A stretch of 64,000 nt of DNA, taken from the NCBI GenBank assembly GCA_000091205.1, contig AP006500.2. One strand, written 5' to 3'. Shown in pieces: positions 36,032 through 46,289 of the stretch. Each line of letters begins with the position of its first letter. Position 1 is the first letter of the stretch. The translations under genes were made by a program, and so were the position numbers. Source of the stretch: Cyanidioschyzon merolae. Lineage: Eukaryota. The notes below the pieces were generated by a model. The model ran no database searches, was not told the DNA's origin, and saw nothing but the letters and a program-made list of their open reading frames with translations.

Positions 36032-37339
36032 CTATCGGATTCGCGTGACGCTGCCAGAGACACGCAAGGTCGCAGCGAGTCTTGCGCGCGTAATCGCTCC
36101 AGCGCTCTCCTTACTCGCTCGCGAGGACCTGGTTTCAACTTCAGTGTTCGGCTGCTCGGGACGTAGATTCTCTGTACAGATGTCGAACGAGAGCAGGTTG
36201 CTGACGTCCTCCTTGATGAATATTTCAGTTTCGCTTGGTTCGACGCCGCCGAAACTCTGCGCAACCTCGCGTAGTCGCTCAGCTTTATCTTTCAGAGCGG
36301 GCAAACGATGGAGCAGTTCAGACATAAGTTTCCGTACCGTCTCAACGCGTTGGAGGACTTGCTCCTCAAGCGCTCGTTTTCTCCCGTCCGACAGTTCAGT
36401 ATCAGACTCATTGTCTGATACCAGGTCCTCGAACTGCGCGTTGGAGAATACTGCCTCGGCCTGTAACGCAGTCACCTGCTGGGCGAGTCGCTCGGCCTGT
36501 GCTCTGACCAACTGTTCGGCTGTGGCACAGCGTTCCGCTCGTAACCGCCGCAAGTATTTCTCCTTCTCAATAATAAGGGCCTCGAGCGTTTTCACTTTTC
36601 CACGAATCTCATTGTCTTCTTCTTCTTCCGGAAAGGACGCCTGAACTTGAGCGAAAACTACACAGTTCTTACGCAAGAGCTCTTCAAGGGCCGCAGCTGT
36701 CGCACGCAACTGTTCTCGTACCGCCTCGCGACGGCTTTCTGGAAGTAAGTAGCTTTCTCGAACGCTGGGTTGCAGTGCTTCATCAACAGCGTCATTAAAG
36801 CACTTTACTGCCTCGGTGATGACCGACTCGCTGGGCAGCACGACGTGAGGCTCTCGCAGGTAGGGCGCGGTCTCCATAAGCACCGGGTTCGTAGTCAGCG
36901 CCGGGAATTCAAATACGGCGTAGAGACCGCGCGCATCGCCTGCGCGTGCCGCACATCGCGATGCAGCGATGCAGCGATGCGAGGCGTCTGCACGAGCGCC
37001 ACGTACAGACGCGCCTAGCACCGCAAGCCTGGTGGACCTCTGTTCCCGCCACAACGACTTTTCTGGAGCCTGTTGAACGTCGTGAGCTTGGGAGAGGAGC
37101 GGAATTCTCTTCCCCGGGCTAGTGATCAGTATCGACGCTCCGGAGACTCTACTTGGATGGATCGGTCTCATACCAAAAGAATGCGCTGACGTTGCTTCGC
37201 GTGCAGTGCGCTGCAGTGGCGTGCCGCTGGACTGCTTCGATTGGCAGGCGCGTTCCGTGGATGCGCGTCCTGAAGAGGTCGCACGATCTGTCTTCTGGTT
37301 CTCGTGGAAATGCACATTTGGAACTGGTGGGACGCTCAC
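36032..37339 (-). CDS. Coiled-coil protein of unknown function, 435 aa (N-terminal boundary uncertain)
   Basis: Long heptad-like E/K/R/L/Q-rich segment (...KVKTLEALIIEKEKYLRRLRAERCATAEQLVRAQAERLAQQVTALQAEA...). The antisense ORF 35877..36644 is Ser/Leu-rich, as expected opposite a coiled-coil coding strand. No family assignment possible from sequence alone. Confidence 0.5.
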   Translation of the reverse strand: MSVPPVPNVHFHENQKTDRATSSGRASTERACQSKQSSGTPLQRTAREATSAHSFGMRPIHPSRVSGASILITSPGKRIPLLSQAHDVQQAPEKSLWREQRSTRLAVLGASVRGARADASHRCIAASRCAARAGDARGLYAVFEFPALTTNPVLMETAPYLREPHVVLPSESVITEAVKCFNDAVDEALQPSVRESYLLPESRREAVREQLRATAAALEELLRKNCVVFAQVQASFPEEEEDNEIRGKVKTLEALIIEKEKYLRRLRAERCATAEQLVRAQAERLAQQVTALQAEAVFSNAQFEDLVSDNESDTELSDGRKRALEEQVLQRVETVRKLMSELLHRLPALKDKAERLREVAQSFGGVEPSETEIFIKEDVSNLLSFDICTENLRPEQPNTEVETRSSRASKESAGAITRARLAATLRVSGSVTRIR

Positions 37340-38774
37340 TGTACTGTGGAGGAACTGAATCCACGTCTGTCGTGTTCAGCGGTGGTGCATCATCCAGAAG
37401 AGTCCGGTAAGGCTCACAGACTTTGCACCGAGAAAAATGGCGATGCGGGCTGCCAACGTGCCCTTGACGTTGTTTTCGGATGGATTTGTTTATCTGGAAT
37501 CACCGGAGTTCGCGAACGCCGCTGGCTGCGTTGATGTTTCATTCGCATACGGGTCCCGCAGACGTTGCTACGTTGTGCCAACTCCTGCGCTGTGCGCTCC
37601 TCACGAAATCGATATCCGATCGATCTAGTGACCCTGCGGGCACACCTGTATGAGGGAACCGATGCTTGATCGCCTCTTGAAGCATCACCCGCTTTAGATG
37701 TACAAAGGTAAACGTAACATGGGCCTCAAGTGTGCCACATGCGATGACCAGGTCTCCGTTGGGACATGATACATTGGCATTGTGACGCGCTTCTTGTCTT
37801 CTTACGATCTGCGGTTGTCTTCGAAATAAGAAGCAATGATCGTTGCTTTACATCTCCAGGTGGGTGCATAAAAGCTCGGGAGCATGACGTCTCATCGAAT
37901 CACAAAAGATCAGAGCCACCATCGTGGTTTCATCTCTCAAGAACTGAAGTCCGTGCATCCCGTTCTCGGTCCAAATACCATAAACACTCCGTTACTGAAA
38001 CGAGATCCTGATCTATCGCTAAAGAGAAGCTGAAGCGCCGTTTCAGATTCGGATGTTGGCGCGCTCGACTGCGTCTTCGCTCGCCCATACACTGCCCGGT
38101 AGAATGGGAGCTCGCAATGCAGCATGATATCGCATGAGGCGATTCGAGCTTTTTTGGAAAAAAGCAGCGTATCTCTTACGGGATCAAGACATGCGGCAGC
38201 GCATTCCTTCCGAGCTGACGGCGCTCGATCGCGTCAACCACGACTCTATTGACTTGTAGTAGCACCAACGCTCGGGCGGCTGATCGGGTTTAGCTGCTCC
38301 AAGGACGCCCGGGCGGTCGCTCGTGGCGTTCCAATAGTTCCCGTAGACAGAATTATCAAGCAGCGCTATCGTTTTAGAAGACGTTCTCCCAGCGTTCGAT
38401 CGTGAGTACATGTTCATGCGAAAAGCCGCCCAGCCGTCGGCCCGCTGCATCCCAAGAGCTCAATGCATGCGTGCGCCTGCGTTTCCGGGTAGGGTTCTTC
38501 CCTATATTTGTAGGTCTGTTCTGATTGATACATTAATGTGCAGATAACGGATTGCCCCAGTGACCCGTTCGCACTCGCGTCGTGTTCGCAACAAGGCTTG
38601 CGCGTAAAGCAGGTACTCGCTCCTCCTCAGTAAGCCGGATCGAGTCGGGCTCACCGAGTAGTAGACGCCAAAACGCCGTACTGCGACCGCTTTAGAGTTG
38701 GCTCTGGTATAGACTCCGCATTACCCGCAGAGATCCCGCTAGCACCTCTATCGGTAGGCACAGGCGCTTCAATT

Positions 38775-41390
38775 ATGAACCGAAAACGCTACCGCTTTGA
38801 AGCCGGCAAGACAACAGACCCGGACGAGACACCGACAGCGACTGGCGCAGAGCGGAGCGCGAAGACAGTCCTGCGCTCCCTCGTGAAGCAACTGCTGCCG
38901 CCTCAAGGCAAACCCCAAAGGAAGCATCGCCAGCGCGACGCCTCGAAAGCATCCGGTCTGGAGGGCAAGTACTCGCCTTCTCGCCGAAAGCGCGATGGAG
39001 ACGGGGACGCTGCCTCACGGGTAGAGCGCGCCTATGCGGCGATGCAGCGGCGCCTCCAGGCAGCACAAAAGTCATCAAAGCGAAAGGCAGGGCGCTTGCC
39101 AGTGCGAGATCCCATTTCCGGAACTTGGCTTGTTCCCGGAACGGATAGTGTCTCAGAACGAGGTGCTACCTCGAATGGTCACCCGCAGACAGTGCGTCTC
39201 GTGCGACCCGGTGCCCGCCTCCGCTCACCGATCCAAGAGGTCGCAGAAAGCCCGCAACACACCGCCCCCATGCATAATGTCATCCGCCGTGCTTCCGACT
39301 CGCCGCAGCGGGACACGCTACAAGCTGACCGAGACCACAAGGACGACATGCATACAACGGAAGCTGACGCGAGCGATGAGGCGATTGCTGTATGTCCGGA
39401 GACACGACGTGCTTTCGGACGAGATGCGGCATCCGCATTCGAAACGCTGGCACCCAAACAGCATAGCTTTATAGTTTTGATTGCAGGAACGTGCGCGGCA
39501 ATCGCCGAAAATCCCGAACAAGAGACGGGAAAGCTTCAGTCCCTGCCCTCATTGCTGCGTGAACTGGACCGTTTCCAACGTGCTGTGCGCACCAGTCCCA
39601 GTGGGACGGCCTGGAGCGCGCACGCGACCCTCCTATGCATACGATCCCTCACAGAACTCTTTTTGGATATTTGTCCCGGGTATCAGATTCGAATCCCGAG
39701 CGAACCTAAGGACGGTGTTCGGCTAAGTAAGACTGTAAGGAAGCTTCGCAAATATGAATCAGTGCTGCTGCAAGCCTATGCGAGTTTTATCCGATGGCTC
39801 AGGAAACATCTTGAGGGCGCAGGCAGATGCCCCGATACCGCCCACAGCGCAGTCGATGGAATGCTGCGGCAGACGTGCCTGCAATCTTGTCAGGAATTAC
39901 TGCTTCAGCTCTGCCATTTTAACCATGCAGAGGACTTGGTCGAGATGCTCGTGTCGCAGTTCGGCACCGACGCGGCAACTGATGAAGTACTCGTGGCGAC
40001 TGCCAGCGAACTTATGGAGCTCTTTGAAAGCTCTACGGGCTCGAGTTTGCGGACGGCGGTTCGACTGGTTCGAGCCCTTTGCCGGCGCCTTCGAGACGAA
40101 GGGATCCGTGCACCAGCGGCAATTGTGGAACCGCTGCTAAAGGTTCCCCTGGAAGCGCTTCATGCGGCCCCGAAAAAGAAGCGCCATCAGCAGCATGCGG
40201 ACGGCGGAAACACTGCACATCCGCTGAGCCGTCGGAAGAAAGCGCGCATGCAACACGGAGCGCTACGTCAGTGGATGGAGGAGAAGCAACGCTTGGACCG
40301 CCAAGTCGATGAACAGCTTTCCCGGGATATCCACGACCTAGAAGCGGAATCCACACCGGAGGAGATGAACTGGGCGAGACGCCAAGTCATGGCAGCGCTG
40401 TCGCAGGCGTATGCGCAGTGTTTACTGCAGCTGGAGCAGGCGTTGCAGTCACAGACGAATACAGGTGATACGGCAATCCCGCCGGGGAAAAATGAGAGGT
40501 CGCGGTCACCTGGGGACAAGGTGACGCCACAGACAAAACTTCGGGACAGGCGCGCGCGCTTGAAGCGGCTCAACAACTTGCTGCCACGAATCGCTGAAGG
40601 TCTTGGGCAGATTGCGCTCTACTTGAACGCCAAGCTCTTGAACGACCTGCTTTTGACCATGTATCGCATCATAGACGCCGCATTCGCCGCGGACACGGAG
40701 GCGCAATCATTGCTGGGCCTCCTGCGCTGCGTGCGTGCCGCGTACCAGATCATCATTGCACAGCAGATCGCAACACAGAACGCCGATCCAACGTACCTGG
40801 ACGGCATCCTCTTTCGATGCATGAATCCGACAGGCGTCGTAGTCAAGCTCCCGCCAGATTGCCGTGCCTCCTGGCACCGTGAACTCACTGCAGCGGTGGA
40901 TTTCGGATTGCTGGGCTCGCGGCGAACGCTCCCGATTCGCCGCGGAGCAGCGTTCTGGATGCGACTCTTAGAGTGCGCGCTTCATGCGACGGACACATCA
41001 TGGGCATGCTTGTACGTACGCAAGGCGGAATCCCTGGTGGAACGGTATCCGGTGCTGCGAACCTGGCTTGCATCAGCGATGACCGTGGAAGAAACCGACA
41101 CCAACACCGACACTGATCGAACGATCCTTGCAGCTCCAATAGGCCTGCTGCCCAGCACGCCCCGAGCGCTATCCGATCATCACTGGGACGCGCTCGCCGC
41201 CGATCCCGATATCGTAGGCGCTATGCTGCTCGCCGATCAAGCGGTGGTGGCGATCGATGCACACGGCACGCGCGTGCGTGTTCGGGATTTGTGTGCGGCG
41301 CCAGCGCTGGGGCCGCACACGCAGCGCGGTGCAGCGTCGATTGCCCAGGCGCTGCTGCAACGCCTGCGTGCACCGCTTCCCGCGATCTAG
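38775..41390 (+). CDS. NOC3: Nucleolar complex-associated protein 3 (NOC3)-like, 871 aa
   Basis: Basic N-terminal region followed by the conserved Noc3 N-domain block FLDICPGYQIRIPSEPKDGVRLSKTVRKLRKYESVLLQAYASFIRWL (cf. yeast/human FKDIIPGY+IR..TE.E....SKEVKKLR.YE..LL..YK.YL), then a long helical (CBF/ARM-like) region. Confidence 0.72.
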   Translation: MNRKRYRFEAGKTTDPDETPTATGAERSAKTVLRSLVKQLLPPQGKPQRKHRQRDASKASGLEGKYSPSRRKRDGDGDAASRVERAYAAMQRRLQAAQKSSKRKAGRLPVRDPISGTWLVPGTDSVSERGATSNGHPQTVRLVRPGARLRSPIQEVAESPQHTAPMHNVIRRASDSPQRDTLQADRDHKDDMHTTEADASDEAIAVCPETRRAFGRDAASAFETLAPKQHSFIVLIAGTCAAIAENPEQETGKLQSLPSLLRELDRFQRAVRTSPSGTAWSAHATLLCIRSLTELFLDICPGYQIRIPSEPKDGVRLSKTVRKLRKYESVLLQAYASFIRWLRKHLEGAGRCPDTAHSAVDGMLRQTCLQSCQELLLQLCHFNHAEDLVEMLVSQFGTDAATDEVLVATASELMELFESSTGSSLRTAVRLVRALCRRLRDEGIRAPAAIVEPLLKVPLEALHAAPKKKRHQQHADGGNTAHPLSRRKKARMQHGALRQWMEEKQRLDRQVDEQLSRDIHDLEAESTPEEMNWARRQVMAALSQAYAQCLLQLEQALQSQTNTGDTAIPPGKNERSRSPGDKVTPQTKLRDRRARLKRLNNLLPRIAEGLGQIALYLNAKLLNDLLLTMYRIIDAAFAADTEAQSLLGLLRCVRAAYQIIIAQQIATQNADPTYLDGILFRCMNPTGVVVKLPPDCRASWHRELTAAVDFGLLGSRRTLPIRRGAAFWMRLLECALHATDTSWACLYVRKAESLVERYPVLRTWLASAMTVEETDTNTDTDRTILAAPIGLLPSTPRALSDHHWDALAADPDIVGAMLLADQAVVAIDAHGTRVRVRDLCAAPALGPHTQRGAASIAQALLQRLRAPLPAI

Positions 41391-42284
41391 GAGCGCTCCT
41401 GGGGTACTACATCTTGGAACGCGCTGGCGTTCCGATGGGTGCCTTGTCTCGAACGGACGTCTGTCGTCGAGGTGCCGCTCATCCCGTCTGTGTGCGTTTG
41501 GCGAGTGCGCGCAACAGGCGTACCAGATAGGATCGGTACACCGGTGCGTGATCGTTTGGGTATATGGTGTTCTTTGGTGCGATTTTCGTGTCTGGGGTTG
41601 GTGGAATCCAGCGGCGGCGGGCGGGGGCCTCGGGCGGCTCCCTGTCGTGGCCGCTCTCCTAGATTTCGACAACTATTGCCTGGTCGGGCGATCCCGGACT
41701 GGATGGATCGACCGTATACCATGGAAATGGCGGTGTTTGCGCATTCGGGACCGTATTTGGAACCAGAGTATCGACCGAGTCACTGCAAATGGTGCGGCAA
41801 GTGCGAGTTTCGCATGTTTCCGCATGGAACGCAAGCCGTGCGAGTTGCTTACCCGCATTGCCGCACGGAACGGGCAGGCCGTGGATCCCCTGGGCAGCCT
41901 ACCAGTGGCACTGCCGCTGCAGCCGAACAGATGCGATGCACGCAACGCAGGTACGGGTGCCAATGGATGCGGGCAACGCATCCCAGCATGGAACCCTGCT
42001 GCTGAGCAGCGCGGACGAATTTTCCGCATGACAGCGACGTTTGCATCGTCCGGCGTTCGCAGTCTCGAAAATGGTCCCGCCAGCCGCTGTGAACAAGCGC
42101 TTGTGTCGCTGACTAGGCCGCGCACTGATCGCGACTTGCCGCGATCGAACAGCAGCAACACGCAACGTCTTTTGACGTCTGGCGGCACGCAGTGGAAACG
42201 CCAGCGCATTGCCCCCGCTGGTGATAGAGGCGCTACGAGAGTAGCACTTCAACGACCGACCATACCTGGAAGAAATCGGGTGCG

Positions 42285-43718
42285 TCAGCGGCGATGCATC
42301 CGTGTCGTAGTTTCCGTTGCAGCAGACAACATATCTGCGCGCATTTTCGCTAAAAACGGCAGAAAGCGCTTCACGTATTGCGATTCCCACTGCCACGTGG
42401 GATCCGTCGCGCAAATGCGCATGACATTCTCTCGATAGCGTTCTTGGTGACGCTTTACCTGTATGATGGACGACACCAAACTGGACAAGTCGGTGAATGC
42501 GGTACCCATCATCGCACTTGAAGGTGCTCCAGAGGCATCCAACTCGCCATCGAGCCGCTGAAGCGGCAGATCCTTTTCCAAGCACGGATACGCATAGGCG
42601 ATGACCGGCAGACCGCAGCCCCACATATCGAACACCTTCATCGGCAGATCCATTCCAGACGAGGATTGATGCATTGAAATACCGGCATCAGCACAAGAAA
42701 GCAGCTGTGCGTAGTCGTCTCTGCTCGGTAGCCAGAGTGCGTGCAGGCTCCAGCGCGTCAGGCCAAGCTGGGGCCAAAATCGCTCCACGTAAAACGAGCG
42801 CAACGGACCGCGTCCCGTAATGAAAAGACGCCCAGACCAGCCGTACTTTTTCTCTAAAAGCACCACTGCTTGAAAGAGAAGCTCCATGGGTTCATCTGGT
42901 GACCAGCTCGTCGCGCTGCAGAGCCAAACCTGGGCTATCGCGCTTTCGATCGCTTCATCCGTCCAATGGAAAACGCGACGACACAGGTCCCGGCGCCGGT
43001 GGTATCGCTGTTCGGTATCGAGCGCGCTCGACAAGAAGCGCTGCGTCCAGTCGCGTAACGGGCGGTCGGGAAGCACCAGCAACTTGCTCCGCTCAAGCGC
43101 CATCTCTGCGAGTATGTGCTCCCCGAGCGTACCAGTGACGGCGAGGTGTGCGTCCGCTACGCGCGCGCCAAGCAGGTACTCCAGACGCGCTGCAAGGGCG
43201 ACAGCGGAGCCTGGTGCCCGGTTGATGGCCATAATCGAGTGCGTCGTGTTGTGCCAGTCGAGTACGGCGATTGCACCCGGTCGCGCGCGGTGCCATCGCA
43301 GCCACGGTACCAACATCAAGGTCGGAAACGCGGGAGGGTTCTGCGCCACCAGGAGGTCCCACGGCGGTATATCATCGAACGCGCGACGCACGAGCCACAG
43401 TCGCGTCACGAGTGCACAGAACGCCCGCCAGGGGTAACTCAGACGGCGCCGCCAGCGTCGCGTTTGTTCGCCCGCGTGGACGGAAGTTGGCGTCGCGCGA
43501 GATAAAGACACAACACGAACTTGCGCGTTGTTCAGGTCGTCCACGTTGCCGTAGCCCAGCAGGGTCACCCGAAAGCCCTCCGCCGCTAAAGCTGAGGCGT
43601 GTGCAAGCATGCGCGGCGACTGCTCGAGCCGCCCCAGCACAAGCACCACCGCGTGCGGTGCCACCAGCTCCGAGTCGTCATGCTTTGCCTCTGGCAACCG
43701 CGCTGTCGACAGCGCCAT
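42285..43718 (-). CDS. ALG1: Chitobiosyldiphosphodolichol beta-1,4-mannosyltransferase (ALG1), ~478 aa
   Basis: HAVVLVLGRLEQSPRMLAHASALAAEGFRVTLLGY matches the ALG1 N-terminal signature (VLGDIGRSPRMQYHALSLA..G..V.L.GY). C-terminal GT1 motif SSSGMDLPMKVFDMWGCGLPVIAYAYPCLEKD matches [21 protein letters not shown]. The ORF track extends to 43970, but the extra 84 aa are Arg-rich and non-conserved, and overlap a tRNA-like element, so the start is called at MALSTARLPE (43718). Confidence 0.88.
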   Translation of the reverse strand: MALSTARLPEAKHDDSELVAPHAVVLVLGRLEQSPRMLAHASALAAEGFRVTLLGYGNVDDLNNAQVRVVSLSRATPTSVHAGEQTRRWRRRLSYPWRAFCALVTRLWLVRRAFDDIPPWDLLVAQNPPAFPTLMLVPWLRWHRARPGAIAVLDWHNTTHSIMAINRAPGSAVALAARLEYLLGARVADAHLAVTGTLGEHILAEMALERSKLLVLPDRPLRDWTQRFLSSALDTEQRYHRRRDLCRRVFHWTDEAIESAIAQVWLCSATSWSPDEPMELLFQAVVLLEKKYGWSGRLFITGRGPLRSFYVERFWPQLGLTRWSLHALWLPSRDDYAQLLSCADAGISMHQSSSGMDLPMKVFDMWGCGLPVIAYAYPCLEKDLPLQRLDGELDASGAPSSAMMGTAFTDLSSLVSSIIQVKRHQERYRENVMRICATDPTWQWESQYVKRFLPFLAKMRADMLSAATETTTRMHRR

Positions 43719-43748
43719 ACCCGCGGTACCGATGCGCAAAAATGCACC

Positions 43749-43830
43749 GTTCCTGGCGGGACTCGAACCCGCAGTCTTTCGATCGACTCTGTGGTATAGA
43801 AGTCGAATACGTTGTGGACCGAGATACGGG
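43749..43830 (-). other. tRNA-like element: canonical T-arm (GCGGG-TTCGAGT-CCCGC) plus 3' acceptor-like strand followed by an oligo-T (TTTTT) tract; no complete cloverleaf could be folded
   Basis: Minus-strand read ...agagtcgatcgaaagactGCGGGTTCGAGTCCCGCcaggaacggtgcaTTTTTgcg. The T-stem/loop is textbook (G53 T54 T55 C56 G57 A58 ... C61), with oligo-T 13 nt downstream. A matching 5' acceptor strand (gttcctg) is found only ~190 nt upstream (revcomp of 43951-43957), too far for a standard tRNA. Confidence 0.35.
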
Positions 43831-44183
43831 GGCGCGAATCGCCTCCGGGCGTCCCCTGTGGCTCGGTTATCCACGGCGCGCGCGCAGCAACGCCCAGCCT
43901 TCGATGCTGCAAACTGCTCAGCGATACATCGGACGTCACGCTTTACGCCACAGGAACGGGGTGTCACCAACTAACATTTGATCAAAATTACTATATAAAG
44001 AGAAGCCATTCCGGGGATCGCTCAGATTGATTGGCGATGGTGCGTGCTCGGCCTCGCGGAGCGATCGGCGGCGGTGCCTGGCATGTGCGATCCGCAGCCG
44101 CGATTCGCGATCGCAGCGCGCCTCTTGAGCTGCTTGCTTGCTTGCTTGCTTTCGCGTCGCTGCCAGGTAACGCAACTGCTAAC

Positions 44184-45212
44184 ATGTTCGCTTTTCTACC
44201 GAGTATCACTTCTCATCGTCTGTACGTTTCTGGAAAAGATGGGCTTCGTACGAGTACGCTCAAGACTGAGTCGGCTCGGTTGCAGACTCGGGTTGGGTGC
44301 CGCTCGCGCCCGGCGACGTTGCGCATGGTCGCTGCCGAGAAGAAGGTACCGGTGAATCTCTATAAACCGAACGATCCTCTTATCGGGACCTGCATTTATA
44401 ACAAGAAGATTGTTGGGGACGACGCACCGGGCGATACATGTCACGTCATCATTCACCACGACGGCAAGCTGCCGTACCTCGAGGGGCAGTCTGTGGGCAT
44501 CATCCCCGAGGGCACCGACGAGAAGGGTCGCCCGCATAAACTTCGTCTCTATTCGATAGCCTCCACTGCCGCTGGTGACTTTGGAGACTACAAGACGCTG
44601 TCACTCGTGGTGAAGCGCTTAGTCTATACGAATGAGAAAGGAGAGGAGGTTCGTGGCGTTTGCAGCAACTACCTGAACGATATCAAGCCGGGCACTCCAG
44701 TGAAGATGACCGGCCCCGTGGGTAAGGAGATGCTTATGCCGGACGACCCGAATGCGACGATCATTATGCTGGCCACGGGAACGGGCATTGCGCCTTTCCG
44801 TGCCTTTATGCGAAAGGCCTTCGTCGAGAAACACGCAGACTATCAGTTCAAGGGGAAAATGATCCTTTACCTGGGTGTGCCAACGTCGTCATCGCTGCTC
44901 TACCGAGATGAGCTCGAAGAGATGAAAGCGAATGCGCCGGACCAGGTCGAACTCCACTACGCCATCAGCAGGGAAATGAAAAACAAACAAGGCGGAAAGT
45001 ATTACCTGCAAGACGCAATGGCCGAGCGTGGTGAGGAAATCTGGCAACTGCTGCAGAAGGATAACACCTACGTCTACATGTGTGGCTTGAAAGGAATGGA
45101 CTCGGGCATCGATGCTTTCATGAAAGATCTCGCGGCAAAGGATGGCGTAGACTGGGCGACTTTTAAGAAGCAGCTGAAGCAACAGCATCGCTACAATGTG
45201 GAGGTATACTGA
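44184..45212 (+). CDS. FNR: Ferredoxin-NADP+ reductase, plant/plastid type, with N-terminal plastid transit peptide, ~342 aa
   Basis: FAD and NADP domains with the family signatures RLYSIAS, GVCSNYL, the GPVGKEM...ML(A/G)[11 protein letters not shown] block, and a terminal Tyr (..YNVEVY). The presequence [37 protein letters not shown]... is Ser/Thr/Arg-rich with Phe at positions 2-4. The ORF track starts at 44031 ([10 protein letters not shown]...), which would make a 100+ aa presequence; the Met at 44184 is favoured. Confidence 0.93.
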   Translation: MFAFLPSITSHRLYVSGKDGLRTSTLKTESARLQTRVGCRSRPATLRMVAAEKKVPVNLYKPNDPLIGTCIYNKKIVGDDAPGDTCHVIIHHDGKLPYLEGQSVGIIPEGTDEKGRPHKLRLYSIASTAAGDFGDYKTLSLVVKRLVYTNEKGEEVRGVCSNYLNDIKPGTPVKMTGPVGKEMLMPDDPNATIIMLATGTGIAPFRAFMRKAFVEKHADYQFKGKMILYLGVPTSSSLLYRDELEEMKANAPDQVELHYAISREMKNKQGGKYYLQDAMAERGEEIWQLLQKDNTYVYMCGLKGMDSGIDAFMKDLAAKDGVDWATFKKQLKQQHRYNVEVY

Positions 45213-46289
45213 AAGGACGCACTGGTGATGCTCTCTGCCGAGGCAGCGAGCGCCTCGAGCAACCATCGCCCCGGTACGATTGTCGTAGACGGGATACTGG
45301 AGACGAATTCGAGTCGTTGCGGTGTCGTGCTGGGCGAAACGCTCCGCGTTGTGACCGTTTGCGACACTCAAGAGCGCTTCCACAGCTTTTGAGAGCGTGC
45401 GAAGCGATTCACCGTAAAGCGAGGTTTATCGGATACTTGCAAGCGTCTTCCAGGCAGCTGGGTGCAGTGATTTGAGCTCGCACGTAACTCGGCGACTCGA
45501 TCACGGTACCTGGTCGGTGTACGGCTCGCGAATGATGTCGCTGACAGAAATGACACCTCTGCGGTTCCGAGGAAGGATACGTGAACGGCGATATGCGTGC
45601 CGCATCGTGCACGGGCGACCGACTGCAGCACTGGAGAAGCGCTTCGAGGCGCTGCAACCGTCACGTGCTTCCATTCGCTTGACGGGCAAGAGGGTGCAGC
45701 ATGCAAGTCGCCAGCGCGGAGAGGCATCGCTCGTGGACGTGGAATGCAGCGCACCAGTTGCCGTGATGTCTTGGTAGCACCGGGATTCAAGCGTATCTGC
45801 ACCGGAGACGAGCTGATGAAGCGCAACGCACCATTCGTTTGTTTCGTTGTTTTCCATTGGAAACACTGCAGAGTTACAGGGGCCACTACTCGATGTATTT
45901 TTCGATGAAGCGATGACACCGTTTCTCGGTCTGAATCATATCCCAGGCCGAGTCCCGTCGAGAAAGTACGTTTTGGGTGGTTTCGCTCTGGCGCCAGCAG
46001 GAGCTAAACTACCGCCAAAAACGCGCAGGCACAAGAGCCCAGTGGTAGCATGTTTCCCCGTACAAACGGATACTGAGGAAAACTCGATAGAACGCTGGAT
46101 GTATACCAAAGAGCTGGCACCCGAGAAGCCGCCTCCACGCACGACCAACTGCAAACGTCCGCAATCGACAGCGTAGACTGCTAGGCTTTCAGCATGCTCG
46201 CCATGACATCCATGTCAGAGTGAAATGGCACGGGTCACCTACGTTGGCCATACAATCTGGAATTCAGGTCTCTGGGGTACATCATCAGC

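Noticed and set aside
35877-36644. 255-aa + strand ORF (Ser/Leu/Arg-rich)
   Set aside because: It is antisense to the coiled-coil gene. E/K/R/L-rich coiled-coil coding sequence characteristically yields stop-free S/L/F-rich antisense frames, and it has no motifs.
43719-43970. N-terminal 84 codons of the longest ALG1 ORF
   Set aside because: Arg-rich, unconserved, and overlaps the tRNA-like T-arm/oligo-T element. ALG1 homology begins after the internal Met at 43718.
44031-44183. First 51 codons of the longest FNR ORF ([10 protein letters not shown]...)
   Set aside because: It would make the presequence over 100 aa. A typical Phe-containing plastid transit peptide begins at the internal Met (MFAFLPS). 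Kept as an alternative start only.
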